Of a stretch of DNA of 64,000 nt, positions 12,508-25,319 are shown piece after piece. The notes under the pieces are model-generated. The model ran no database searches. It saw only the letters and a list, made by a program, of their open reading frames with translations, and was not told the DNA's origin. The stretch's first letter is position 1; each line of letters starts with the position of its first letter. The DNA is from Vicugna vicugna (lineage: Eukaryota). The stretch lies in NCBI GenBank assembly GCA_013265495.1, contig MU058065.1, positions 5,058,976-5,122,975 on the forward strand. The letters are read 5' to 3'. The translations under genes were made by a program, and so were the position numbers.

Positions 12508-14009
12508 TTAAGGTCTTCACATAGGAACCAAGCCAGTGAGTTCCAGTAAGAGGAAGGAAAAGAGTGCCTCCTCTCCCAGAAAACAGTAACCAAAACACTG
12601 AAGTCGACAGTTTGCTTTCCCCCCACTGTTAACCTTAAAAGTGAAGGTCACAATCAGTGCAGATCAGCTGTCTGTTTTATACTCCTTGCACAAGTTTTGT
12701 TCATCCCTCTGTGAAACTGAAAAGATTATAATGAAAATGCCTAAAGAAAGAAAGGGAGGGACAATTGTAAATAGTTTTCTCTGACAACTGGTATCAGCAT
12801 TTTCTCATAGCCTTACATTTATTCAGACTGAAATGACAAATGTATTACAATGAATAGATGAGCTCTTTCTGTCTGGATATGGCATAAAAATAAAACAATA
12901 CTGTACTGATTTTTCTGTCTGAGTATTGTCCTCCTCACACAATTGCTGAACATTGGCTGAGCTGTTAACAGCATTGATGGGAAACAAAAGCAAAACTTGG
13001 GAGAGATTCTGCAGACCAGGGCTTGTGAATATCTGGGATTTACAGTTTAGCTCGATGCCACTGTCAGAATCTTCTCGCTTCAATATCCTGCCAGCTACCA
13101 TGGGAGCTTTTTTTTTGCTTTATGAAAGTGCACCTTTTCCTCAAGGTTACACATTTACAGTTTCTTAAAGAGACTCCTACAGGTCATGGGACTCTTTTCA
13201 GTTGGAGAAGCCTCCAGGGTACTTTGAAGCACGGTTTCTTGAAAGTCTACCCCTAGCCCCCCTGGAACGGTGCTAGAACAGAGACCTGGACTGTTTGGAC
13301 TGAAGGGACCCCCACCCCGCATCCCACCACGGGGTCCCTTCCACCCGCCTTACACCTTACAGAGCCAAGCAGTCTGCTGCTGAAAAGTTGTCACCAGCTT
13401 TCGGGGAAAACACCGACCCTCATCAGAGTTTGATGCATGTTTAAATACATCCTAAGCAGGCAAGAGGCCGGTGAAGTCAAAGCTGTATCGTACAGAACTC
13501 TGGATAGATAGTAAGCTTGAAATATTCCCTGGCCTGTGTGAGTTTTTAATATAAGCCCAATAACATCTCCCATTCTGGAAGTGATCGGCAAGGTTTCAAT
13601 CATCTCCCGCTGCTCCCCAAACCAATGACAGGAGGGAGCTTCATTTCCTGATGAGTTATTCAAACTGACCCTGGAGTGCCTTCCAGGCTGAAGGAGCCAA
13701 GGCCAAGTTCTCTCAGCACCCTGCGCCTGTGATCAGCCACATTGCAGAAGAGGCAGTGATGCCCTTGCTCTGCAGATGATTTGAGGACATGCTCAGTCAT
13801 CTTTCTCTTACGCTTCCTTACTCTCCTGTTTTATACCCTCTGGCCCAGAATGCAAGAAGATTGCAACTTAAGAGCTGTGATGCCTTCTCAATAGAACCTG
13901 AGCAAGAAAGAGGACTCTCACAGGTGCAGTGAATTGAACTGGGGTGAACTGGCTGAAATACCCACGGAAAATGACCCAGGAAGGCAAGGATCTCAATTTC
14001 AGAAGCAGC

Positions 14010-14135
14010 AAGGTGTCCTGGGAAGAACACAGACGTCGGTGTCAAAGAGATTTGGATTTGAGCCCAAGGTTTCCCACCTTTGCTAAATAACATAATTTGA
14101 CTGACCCTCTATTTTCTTATTTGCAAGTGGGACGA
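14010..14135 (+). mobile_element. MIR fragment
   Basis: GAAGAACACAGACGTCGGTGTCAAAGAGATTTGGATTTGAGCCC...TTTCTTATTTGCAAGTGGG. Confidence 0.5.
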
Positions 14136-14315
14136 AGAGGTATGTTTCCGGAGGAAGAGATATGATGTGCTCAAGTATCTCGTTTCTAAACGCCAGCTGT
14201 GTTCAAGGGGCTGTATCAGTCTTATCCATGAGAAAAAGTATTTTCTTGAAGAGGTATATTTTCTCCTACTCTGTTTTCAAAATTTATTCTCAATTCTGCC
14301 TTTAGAATTCAAGGT

Positions 14316-14396
14316 GCGGTATAGCTCAGAGTAGAGCACATGTGTAGCATGCACGAGGTCCTGGGTTCAATTCTGAATACCTTTATTAAAAAAAAA
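14316..14396 (+). mobile_element. tRNA(Ala)-derived SINE, vic-1-like
   Basis: A-box TAGCTCAGAGTAGAG, B-box GGGTTCAATTC, A-tail, TSD AGAATTCAAGGT (14304-14315) / AGAATTAAAGGT (14397-14408). Confidence 0.9.
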
Positions 14397-16014
14397 AGAA
14401 TTAAAGGTTCTAGTTGTTCCATTAATCCCACTAGAATTAAATTGCATTTTAATTGTGGTGCTACCACCACTAGCACATTACTTAGCATGTGGTGGTAGCT
14501 CAATAAATAGTTGTTGGTGGATCCAGTTAATCTTCAACATTTTGAGCAACAATGAAGACACAAACACTGTTCTTTCTTCTAGAATCAGCTCCGTAGTTAT
14601 ACTCTCTTGGAATGTCTCAGGTTCACATTTAAGACCAACTGACCTTTTTAAGGCTCTGTCTGCTATCCCCAATTAGATCACAGTCCCCTGACAGCAAGAA
14701 TGTCCCATATTTCCTTAGACACCCTGTAGCTCAGCACATCACACAAAGCCAGTATATGTTAATATTGACCCTGACAATGCTTCTTATGAGAAACTACTGT
14801 GGCTTTGGTAGATACCTCCTCCAGGTCTTATTTCTGCCAAAGCACCTGGTTGTTCTTATCTGCCATTCATCAGTCCATACGCTTTCATTCTAATCTCTCC
14901 ACTTGTTGGTTACGATCATTTATGACATTTCCAAGTCAGTCAATAAGCACACTCCCCTGTAAAACAAAAATAGACTTTTCAACTAGGATTCTTTTACAAA
15001 AGCATGTAATAAGCCACTCTCTACTCTCCCTTTCATTTTTTAGAGAAACTAGCAATATTTATATTTTTTGTGAGGTGTATCAATCACCCTTAACACTCCA
15101 GAAGAAACAACGGTGCTTCTGAAAACTTCACTTTGATCCTTCTGACTTCGTTGGGAGGCCAACAAAATGGCTGTTCAAAGTGTCCATTGTCCCATAATTT
15201 ATCTCTCTCCTAATGTTGCAGAGGAAAGCTGTGATCAATCACTTAGAGACGAATCCACCTTTTTCCCTCCGAGTGAGTATGAGGAATAGCAATGAGCCAG
15301 CCTCAAATATTGACTATGGAGATAAGAACTGTGTTCTGTGGAAAAATACTTTTTCAATATTAAGCTCATGACATATTTAGGACATCTATTTTATCATTAT
15401 TTGGCTGTACAAATCCCTTTCTAAAACATGCTCAGAATATAAAGAAACCATTTTGTGTATTTATCGCATAAGTCTATCTGGACAACCTATTCATGCCCAT
15501 TTTCCCCATGGCTTTTGAGACAGTCTCTCATGTGGAGAAGCCAGCATTTCGAACATCTTTCTTCCCACAGAGATGAATATAAAGCCAGATGAATCTTGTC
15601 AGACTCTCTTCAGCTTTCTTCCCCGCATCTTCCTTCCTACCCTGGCCCCTCTCAACTCTAATTCAGGGGAAAACACTGGCATTCCTCAAGGACACATGGA
15701 GGGCACACAGTAAGAACATCACCTTGGATGGAAAATGCTGTTGGATGGAGCAAAGGGGTAATTATTCTTATCTTCCTTAAGAAGTCTTATGTTTCCTCTC
15801 CTGTGTCTGAAATAGAAAAACTTCTGCTATATTTCACCTCAGTATAGGGTATGTTCAACTCACAAAAGCCAAGAGGGACAAGAACAGGATAAGAAGTAAG
15901 AAGGACCCATTAACATAGATCTTTGAAGTCAATTACAGGCAACTGGCAAAACTTTCCCAAGAGTCAAAAACTCAGAGTTAATAGTGGTTACATTCAAATA
16001 AAATTCTATAGAGA

Positions 16015-19000
16015 ACTTCTGCTTCTAGAAAAAATGGAGTAACAGGTACTAAATGTCTTCCCACCCAAACCAACCAAGAAAACTGGACAAAATATATGAA
16101 ACAATGTTTTTCAAGACACTGAGTATTAGTCAACAAAGATTGGCAATCCCCTAGAAACAGGATACAAACAAGATGGGCCGGCCATCTGATTGCCTCCGAT
16201 TAGTGTCATAGAGAGTTTCCAGACTGTAGGAGAGAGAATAATGTAGGTGGAGCCCAGCAGACTCTCTGCATTGAGGACACAGAGCTGAGGGCTTGGGGAG
16301 ACCAAGGCAGCCAGAATTTACATGTGGAATACTGGGGAGGAGAGAGTTGCAGAGAGAAAACTCTGGAGATCCGCAGAGGATTCCCCTTAAGTATTCAGAA
16401 AAGTAATGATCAGTGCATGCATGTGAAAAGTTACCCAAGGCCGCTAGTCTTCCCTAGGGGAAGAACCACTTGAAATAATTAGAAGTAATAGTACCTTGTG
16501 TGCTCATTAAGAGCAGGAACAGAATCTGGTCCTGCTAGCTAGACTGTAAACCTCATAATTCACAGACCATTAGGTAGAGAATCCAGAGGTTTTTTGCCTC
16601 AGTAGTGGGGAGTAATTAGCCCTAGACTAAATAATATACTGATAACACCTACCAAGTCTAAAAAGCAAGATTTGAAAGAATCAAACTGCTACCAACTAAC
16701 TTAACTGTGCCTCATAACAAAGTTCAAAAATAATTATAGGTACACAAAAATATTCAGCACCCAACAGAGTAAAATTCACAATATCATCATCCAATAAAAA
16801 AAGACCATACATGCAAAGAAGCAGAAAAATAAGGTCCATGATGGGGAAAAAAAAAATCAACCATTAATGTAGATGTTAGAATGACCAGACAAGGACATTA
16901 AAACAGCTGTTATGACAATATGCCTCATGTTCCAAAGAGTAAGTAGAAAAAGAAAGATAATTTTTAAAGACTCAAATTCAACTTCTAGAGGTAAAAATTA
17001 CAATACCTGAGATGAAAAACATACTGGAGGACATTAACTGCTGATTAGACATTGCAGAAGAAGAGATTAGTGAATTTGAAGACTTAACAATAGAAAATGT
17101 TTGAATGAAACAAAAAGAAAAACAATTTTAAAAATAAACAGAGATTCAGAGAACTTGGGACAATTTCAAGCCATCTAATATATGTAAAACTGGATAAACT
17201 GATGGAGAAAACAGAGACATGGGAACAGAAAAAATATTTGAGTGAGTGATGGGCCAAAATTTCCCCAAATATGAAAATAGATAAATTATGCTTACATGAA
17301 TCAAAGGAAAGGTGGAGTTTCTATGTTAATATCAGAAAAAGGAGATCTCAGAATAAAGTATATGACCATGGGTAAAGATGGCCATTTGATAATGATAAAG
17401 ATCAATTCATTAAGAGGACGTAACAACCTCAAAAGTTTATGTAGCTAATAATGAAGCTTTAAAGTACATGAAGCAAAAACTGAGAACACTGAAATAGATA
17501 AATGCATGGGTATAATGGAAGATTTTGATACAATTCTTTCAATAACAAGTACACAGAAATCAGAAAAGATACAGAAGGCTTCAACAAAACTATCGGCCAA
17601 TTTGAACTCACTGACATTTATAGAATACTTCACCCAACAACAGAATGCATTCTTGTCTAGCACCCATAGGACATTTACCAAGAGAGACCATATTCTGGGC
17701 CATAAAGCAAAGCTCAATAAGTTTCAAAGGATTTAAGTCATACAAAATATGTTTTCTAATTATGATACTATTAAACTTAGAAATTAATAACAGAAAGATA
17801 TCTGGAAAATCCCCCAGATATTTAGAAAAGGAACAACACACTTCTAATAACTTATGGGTCAAAGGAGAAGTCAAAAGGGGAGTTAGAAAGTATTCTGAAG
17901 TGAATAAAATGGAAACATGATGTATCCAAAATCGTGGGGCTATGCTAAAGTAATACATGGAGGACATTTTATAGCACAAAACACATACATTAGAAAAAAT
18001 GAAAGGTCTCAGATAAACCAAAACTTCAGCCTATCATAAGACACTAGGAGAAAGAGAAAAGTAAAGCCAAAATAAGCAGAAGAGAAAAAATAATAAAGAT
18101 CAGAAAGGTAATCAATGAAATAGAAAACAAACAAACACAAAACAAAACACAAGAGAGAAAAGTCAATAAAGCCTAAAGCTGGTGCTTTGAGAAGATAACA
18201 AAGTCAAAGAACTTACAGATAAATTAACCATGAAAAAAATCAAGAATAAGAGAAGTGACTATCATGACAGGTTCTACTGACACTGAGAGGATAATAAGGG
18301 AATATCATGAACAACGCTATGACAATAAACTTGATACTTAGATAAAATGGACATATTCTTTAAAAGACACAAATTGCCAAAGTTCAAATAAGGAGAACTA
18401 GCATGAGCAGCCCTATATATCTTTTTCAAATGAAACACAAAGTTAAAAACCTTTCCAAATACAAAACTTCAGGTTCAAATGGCTTCACTGGTGAGCTCCG
18501 TTAAAACTTTAATGAAGAAATAACACCAATTTTACACATTCTGCCATACAACTACAGCAAAAGCAATTCTTCCCAACTCATTCTGTGAACAACATCACCC
18601 TGAAATTAAAACTAGACAAAAGCATTAGTGAGAAGGTAACTACAGATCGATATCACTAATAAACACGGACATAAAAATTCTAAGCAAGAGTGTAGCAAAT
18701 ACCCAAATCATATATTAAAAGGATAATACATCATGACCAAGTGAAACTCCCAGGAAAGAAAGGTTGCTATAGCACTTAAATTAAGGTAATGTAATCCACC
18801 AGCTTAGTAAGCCAAAACCAAACAAACAGAAGTATGTTACCTACGTAGATGCAGAAAGAGCATTTAAAAATTCAATATTCATACTTAATGGTGAAATATT
18901 GACTGTTTTCTCCTTAAGAACAGAAACAAGGCAAGAATGTCTGCTTTCATCACTTCTTTTCAAAATGCGCTTCACCAGCGTTAGCCAGTCCAATCTGGCA

Positions 19001-21221
19001 AGAAAAAGAACAGTATCCAGATTGGAAGGGCATAAGTAAAATGATCTTTATTCACAGGTGACACAATAATCTATATAGGAAATCTGATGTAATCCCCCTA
19101 AAGAAGCTAGTAGGACTAATAATTGAGTTTTAAAAGGTTACAAGTTATTTGATAAATATAGAAAATCAGTAGTATGCCTTTATGCTAGCAATGAAAAATC
19201 AAAAATTGAAATGAACAAAAAAAACTCATTTACAATACCTTGAAAAATATTGAATATTTAGGGACACATCTGACAAAAGTTGTGCAAGATCTGTATACTG
19301 AAAACTACAAGACATTGCTAAGTAATAGTAGAGAAAATCTAAATAAATTGAAAAATATCCTATTTCCTTGAGTGGAAGAATTAATATAAGGTATTGAGTC
19401 CCTTCAATTTGATTTATAGATTCAATGCAGTCTCAACATTTCAACAGGCTTTCTGCAGTCTCGACATTTTGATTCTAAAATCCAAATGGAAATGCTAAGG
19501 ACCTATGATAACAAGAACAAATCTGAAATAGACAAGAAAAGTTAAAAAATTGACACTTTCTAATTTCAATACTTATTTTAAATCTACAGTAATCAAGATA
19601 ACATGGCATTGGCATGAAGATAGAGAAATAGCAGAATATAGAAAAACAACAGATGTTTCAAAAATAGACTCACCTGAATATACAGAATTAACTTTCAACA
19701 AAGGTACAAAGACAATTCAGCGGAAAAAGAATAGTCTTTTTCACAAATAGGGCCGAAGCAGATAAGCATGTGCAAAAAAAAATATGAACTTTTATCAGTA
19801 CCTCATACTATATACAAAAATTAAGTCAAAATGGATTCTGGACTGAATGTGAAGTCTAAAACTGTAAAGCTTCTAGAAAAAGACACAGTAGAAAACCTTT
19901 ATAATTTTGGCAAAAACATCTTAGATTCAACATCAAAAGCAAGATTCATAAAGAAAAAAATTGATACATTAAGCTTCATCAAAATTAAAAATGTATGCAC
20001 CTCAAAAAACACTATTAGAAAATAAATATATAAGCCACAAAGTTAGAAAAACAGTTGAAAATCATACACCTGATAAAGGACTTGTATCCATTAAAAAAAA
20101 AATAAAACACTTAAAACTAAATAATAGGAAAACAAGCAACCCCCTCCCACCAAAAAAAAAAAAAAAAAAAAAAAAAAAAACAAAAAAAAAAAAAAAAAAA
20201 AAAAAAGACCCCCCCCCCCCCCAAAAAAAAAAAAAAAAAAAAAGAAAAGCAGCCAAAAATCTGGATAGTCCCTTTACCAAAGAAAATATACAGATGGCAG
20301 ATAAACATATGAAAATATGTTCTATATCATATGATGTCAAGGAAATGCAAATTAAAATAACAATGAGATACCACTACACACTATTAGAATGGCCCAAATC
20401 CAGAACACTGACACCACCAAATGCTGGTGAGGATGTGGAGCGACAGTAACTCTCATCCCTTGCTAATGGGAAAGCAAAATGGCACGGCTACTTTGGAAGA
20501 CAGTTCGGCAGCTTCTTACAAAACTAAACATACTCTTACCATATGATCCAGCAATCACACTGCTTGGTATTTACCCAAAAGAGTTGAAAACCTATGTCTG
20601 CACCAAAACCCACACATGAATATATTAGCAGCTTTATTCATAATTGCCAAAACTTGGAAGCCACCAAGATGTCCTCCAGTAAGTGAACAGATTAATAAAC
20701 TATGGTACAGCCAGACAATGGGATGCTATTCAGAGCTAAAAAGAAATGAGCTCTCAAGCCATGAAAAGACATAGAGGAAACTTAAATACATGTTTCTAAA
20801 GAAGCCAACCTGAAAGGGAATCATACTGTGGGAGTCCAACTATATGACATTTTGGAAGAGACACAACTGTGGAGACAATAAAAGATCAGTATTTGCCAAG
20901 GGTTGGGGGTGGGGGGATGAAAAGCTGGAGTACAGAGGATTTTTAAGGCAGTGAAACTATTCTGTATGTGACTAGAATGGTGGATATATTTCATAATACA
21001 TTTGTCAAAACCCATGGAATGTATAACACCAAGAGTGAGCCCTAATGTAAATTATGGAATTTTCTAATAGTGACATGTCCATGTAGAGCCCTTGTGTATG
21101 ATAAATGTACCACTCTGGTGTGGGAGATCAATACTAGGGGAAGCTGTGTATGTGTGGGACTACGGGTACAGGGGAACTCTCTGTATCTCCACTCAAATTT
21201 GCTATAAATCTAAAACTGCTC
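16015..21221 (+). mobile_element. Near-full-length ancient L1 (L1MC1-like 3' end), decayed and internally deleted
   Basis: 5'UTR-like start, ORF1 remnants (~16900-17270), ORF2 endonuclease remnants (HRTFTKRDHILGHKAKLNKF), RT and C-terminal remnants (HMKICSISYDVKEMQIKITMRYHYT), and L1MC-type 3'UTR (CATTTGTCAAAACCCATGGAATGTATAACACCAAGAGTGAGCCCTAATGTAAA...CTAAAACTGCTC). Many stops and frameshifts. Confidence 0.9.
20141..20249. repeat. A- and C-homopolymer tract inside the L1
   Basis: Several A runs of about 20-29 nt and a C14 run, read directly. Confidence 0.9.

Positions 21222-21255
<34 letters not shown>
21222..21255. repeat. (TA)n(TG)n microsatellite
   Basis: ATATATATATGTGTGTGTG...; sits where MLT2 LTRs typically carry a dinucleotide repeat. 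Confidence 0.95.
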
Positions 21256-21256
21256 A

Positions 21257-21700
21257 ATTGGTTTATCAATTATAGAGCCTGAAAACTTCCAATATCTGCA
21301 GCCAGCAAGCTGAAGACCAAGGAGAGCTAATATTTGGTTCCAGACCAAGTTTAAAGACCTGAGAACCAGAAGAGCCAATGGTATAAATTAAGGTCCAGAA
21401 GCTCACAGTTTGACACCAAAAAACAGCCAGTGTTTCAGTCCAGATCTGAACACTAGAAAAGACCACAGACTCAGGCTGGAGGAGCTCCCTTTTACTCAGC
21501 CTTTTTATTCCACTCAGGTCTTCAACTGATTGGCTGAGGCCCACCCTCACTAGGGAGGGCAATCTGCTTTACTAAGTCTACTGATTCAAATATTAATCTC
21601 ATCCAGAGACAGTCTCACAGATACACCTAGGATAACATTTGGCCAAACTTGTGGGCACCACATGGCCCAGTCAAATTGACACATAAAACTGACCATCACA
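21257..21700 (-). mobile_element. MLT2-family ERVL LTR (3' terminus not seen)
   Basis: Reverse strand starts TGTGATGGTCAGTTTTATGTGTCAATTTGACTGGGCCA, the MLT2 5' terminus; internal AGCAGATTGCCCTCCCTAGTGAGGGTGGGCCTCAGCCAATCAGTTGAAG. Confidence 0.9.
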
Positions 21701-23004
21701 TTGTCCTTCAGTAATCTCCCTTTCCCGTGGGAAGGCCCTACAAGATCTCTATACATAGAAAATAAGCCTAGGGAAGCGTACACTCTTTATGCCTTTGGGG
21801 TCTTAGTTGAGCTCTAAACCCAGTGTTGAGAATCCAGGCAGGAGAATCCTTCTGCCTGGGATTGGAGGCAGGCCTAGGACCAAGGAATAACCAGAATCAC
21901 TGCTTCTGCCTCTTCCTCAGTAATACCACCTTTCAAAACTTAGTTTTTCATCTCATTACACCCACCGTCCAGCAGCACTCCTCTCTTTCAATTTGTCCTA
22001 TTTTTATAGGTTTTATAAATACACAGCAATTGTCAACTGTAGTATCTGTCACTGATCAGTGGGAACTCATTGATACTATTGGATTTACTACAAGGTCAAA
22101 ACAAAACAAGTTCATTACAAACACATAATAATATACTCCAGGTGTTATAAATTTGAATAGAGTATGGTCAGGAGAGAGACCACTAAATGTTTATTTTAGA
22201 TCCCACTCTTCTCTCTGCCTAATTCCTGCTATTTGCTAATGTTTTCTCTGTGAAAGTCGTCCCTTTCTCACCTTCAAAGTCCTAGATCTGCAGGGTTAAC
22301 AGAAGGTACACTAAGACTCTGTGACCAAGTCTCCCCGGTGATTGTCTTGGCCTTGTCTACAAATTATTCACTCTGCAATCTATACTGCAGAAACCACACA
22401 AAAAGCTACTCATGTGTTTAAAGACATTAAGTAAGGGCAATTACGGGAAGAATAAAGTATAAGGAACATTCTCAAACAATTACAATCACGGTGGTTTTAC
22501 CTACTTGTAACAAATTGTTTATTAACCACATCTCTGATTCTCAGACGAAGTGGATTACGGCCAACTCAAGAATCTTAATGCGCAATCCTTGGCCTAAACC
22601 ACCTGCATCCCTTTGCCTGGGCTTGCTTTTGTCGTGCTCGCTTGCCAGTTCTGGCCGATTCTCCTTCCCAAAGGAAGGCAAGGCACCTAGCCGGGTATGC
22701 AGCGCTAACACAGAGATCCAGATTCCTGGTACCCATGCAAACCAATAATGGTCTCTCGCGTGTATAACTTCATTCTTGTTTACTTATAGGACACTGCCCA
22801 TCTCTCCTGTCCTTAGCCAGGCAGACTGCCAACCACCTTGTCATCCCACAGAAACTAATTCTTTCACCAGTAGGCATTTCTATTGCCTGGCACTCACCTC
22901 TAGCTTAATAGGTCCTAATCACCCCTGGTTCACACCCACCAGCTTACCAATCAAGTTCTGATGTGCCCAGGGACATTCTGCTCCTTCTTTTATGTGTTAA
23001 AGTG

Positions 23005-23590
23005 CATTATTTATGTACAATCACTTTGGAAAACTATTTTGCAGTATATACAAAGCTAAACATTTGCATGCATTCGGACCTAGCCTTTCAACTCCCAGGC
23101 ATATACCTATCAGAAATACTCACACATGTTCAGCAAAAGAAATAGAAAGACTGTTCATAGTTATGCTCTTAGTAATATTAAAAAAAAGGGAAACAAACCA
23201 AGTGTTCCCCTGCAATGGAATGGATTAAACTGAAGTATGTTCATACAATGGAATTATTATATAGCCAAGAGAGTGAACAAACTAAAATTACACACAACAT
23301 GGACAAATCTCACAAACAATATTAAGTGAAAGAAGCTGGACATGAAAGAGTACATACGGTTTGATTCCACTTTATTATACGTAAAAGCAGACAGTCCTAA
23401 TCTACGTTGTTGCCCTTGAGGAGAGGGATTTGCTAACTACTAGGAAGGGTGTGGGAGCACTTCCGGGATGCCAGTAAGCTCTATTTCTTAGACTCGGCGC
23501 TTGTTACGTAAGTGTGTTTATTTTGTGAATATTCACTGACCTGTGTTCTTACGATTTGTGCACTTTTCACTATTATTTTTGTACTCTGAT
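23005..23590 (+). mobile_element. Old L1 (L1ME-like) 3' fragment
   Basis: ACAATCACTTTGGAAAAC...CATACAATGGAATTATTATATAGC...ACATGGACAAATCTCACAAACAATATTAAGTGAAAGAAGC. Confidence 0.85.
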
Positions 23591-24619
23591 GAACTACTTG
23601 AATGAATTTATACAAATTACTGATATGTTTACATAAGCTTTTATTGATGGCACTACATCAGGCATATGGATGTCAAAACACATATAAGTCTCATCAAGGG
23701 AAGAAGGTTAAGGGTCAAAGGGGATGAGGCACCTTTTCTGAATGTCACCTATTAATTTGGTTTTACAGAAGGAAGCCCTGGAATCCAGATCCTGGAGAGA
23801 ATAAAAACTGGCTTTCTCAAGGTTAACAATCTATTTGGTAGCAGAGTAGACTAGAAACTAGATACTATGACTCAGGCTGGCATTCTTTGACCACACAACA
23901 TTCCTTTGCATAAGAAAACATCTTGATGTTCTATATAAGAGTTTAAGCTTTTTAACTTAATTTATCATTCTTCCATAGGTATCCAAAAATTCAAAAATTT
24001 TTGCATAATGAAAAAAGTCTCCTGATCATGACACTTCCAGACTGTGAGTGTGCCATGCCCCCAGGCAGGCATCTGGGCCACCTACAGAGACAGGCGATCA
24101 ATCCTGGTTGAAAATCCAAGGTTTCTACCTGGACACTGCTCCTCACACATACAGCATCCTCATTCTCTAATTACTGTACACATTACGTGTATCAATCACC
24201 TGAATATAATGACACTTTCAATACGGTCATTCAATACAATTAACATCGGTCTACTAGGTACCAAGCAACATTTCCATTGTTTTGTTCTAACAATAGTATT
24301 GGACTTGCCCCCAAACCATCCAGACTCTCTTATTAAGCTTCCTAATAGCCACAAGATGATTAATTTGCAAGACTGCTGACTGGAACCACTGAAACGATCA
24401 GCCTTGTCTCCTATTCCAAGAGTTCATCTATCTATTCAACAGATAAATCTACACTGCTCCAAATATTGGCTCAGAGGCAGACATATCCTGAATAGGGTGG
24501 GGGTTGAGGGGTGGAGCAGACAAAGAAGAGTAGTCCTAAAATTTAACATTCAACACCCGACATGCCATGATGGTCCTACTGACCTCTCTCTGAAACCTTC
24601 TTTCCTGTTTTTTAGCCAA

Positions 24620-24790
24620 AACATCTTGAACAAGTTACTTAATATCCCTACACCTCTATTTTTTCAGCTATAGAATGGGAATAATAACTCTACCCCACTT
24701 GATTCTTTAAAAAATCTAATGAAAAAACTGTATACAAAACAATTAGACCCATGTTTGGAAAAACGAATCAGTCAAGATTAGCTATTATTA
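24620..24790 (+). mobile_element. MIR fragment
   Basis: CTTGAACAAGTTACTTAATATCCC...TCAGCTATAGAATGGGAATAATA...TTAGCTATTATT. Confidence 0.6.
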
Positions 24791-24850
24791 TCAGGATCAT
24801 TATCATCCTTGTCTTTAGAGCCTTGCTGTCTTGGTTATTGGTTTGTTGGC

Positions 24851-25319
24851 TGTCTTAGGGTAGGTTCTCCCAGAAGTAGAGTCTGAGCTAAGGTTTTGAG
24901 TGCAAGTGCCTTATTAAGGGACTGTTCCCAGAAGAAACCAACGCAGGAGTTAGGGGAGCAGGATAAGACAGGGAAAGAAGCTAAGGAATGGTGCAGTCTC
25001 AGGTGAAGTCGAGCCTTTGTCTGACCTCAGAAGGAGCTGTGGGGTGCCAAGTGTACCTCAGAGTCTGTCCCATCTCAGGGCAAAGTCACTGGGCTTCTTG
25101 TTCTCTTAAACCTGTTGTCATTGGTTAAGGTGCAGGAAGGAATTTGTAACTGCCCCTAGGAGGTGTAACTTCTGAGAAATTTCGGCTCTCCCTTGGGACA
25201 AAGCAACTTGAGGAGCCTAGCATCAATCCCCTGAAGGTTTTAGCAAAAATATATGAGTCCACACATCTGGTAAAGGAGATCTGAGGGACTGTGGCAGGCT
25301 GACGACAGTGCCTGCTACA
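24851..25319 (-). mobile_element. LTR16-like ERVL LTR
   Basis: TGTCTTAGGGTAGGTTCTCCCAGAAGTAGAGTCTGAGCTAAGGTTTTGAGTGCAAGTG...TGCTACA; TG...CA ends and LTR16-type terminal motif. Confidence 0.75.

Noticed and set aside
14316..14396. Functional tRNA-Ala gene (also 60308-60400)
   Set aside because: Acceptor and anticodon stems are degenerate and A-tails are present (with a clear TSD at the 14.3-kb copy), so these are SINE copies.
19991..20449. 152-aa poly-Lys ORF (and antisense poly-Phe ORFs)
   Set aside because: Decayed L1 ORF2 read through homopolymer tracts.
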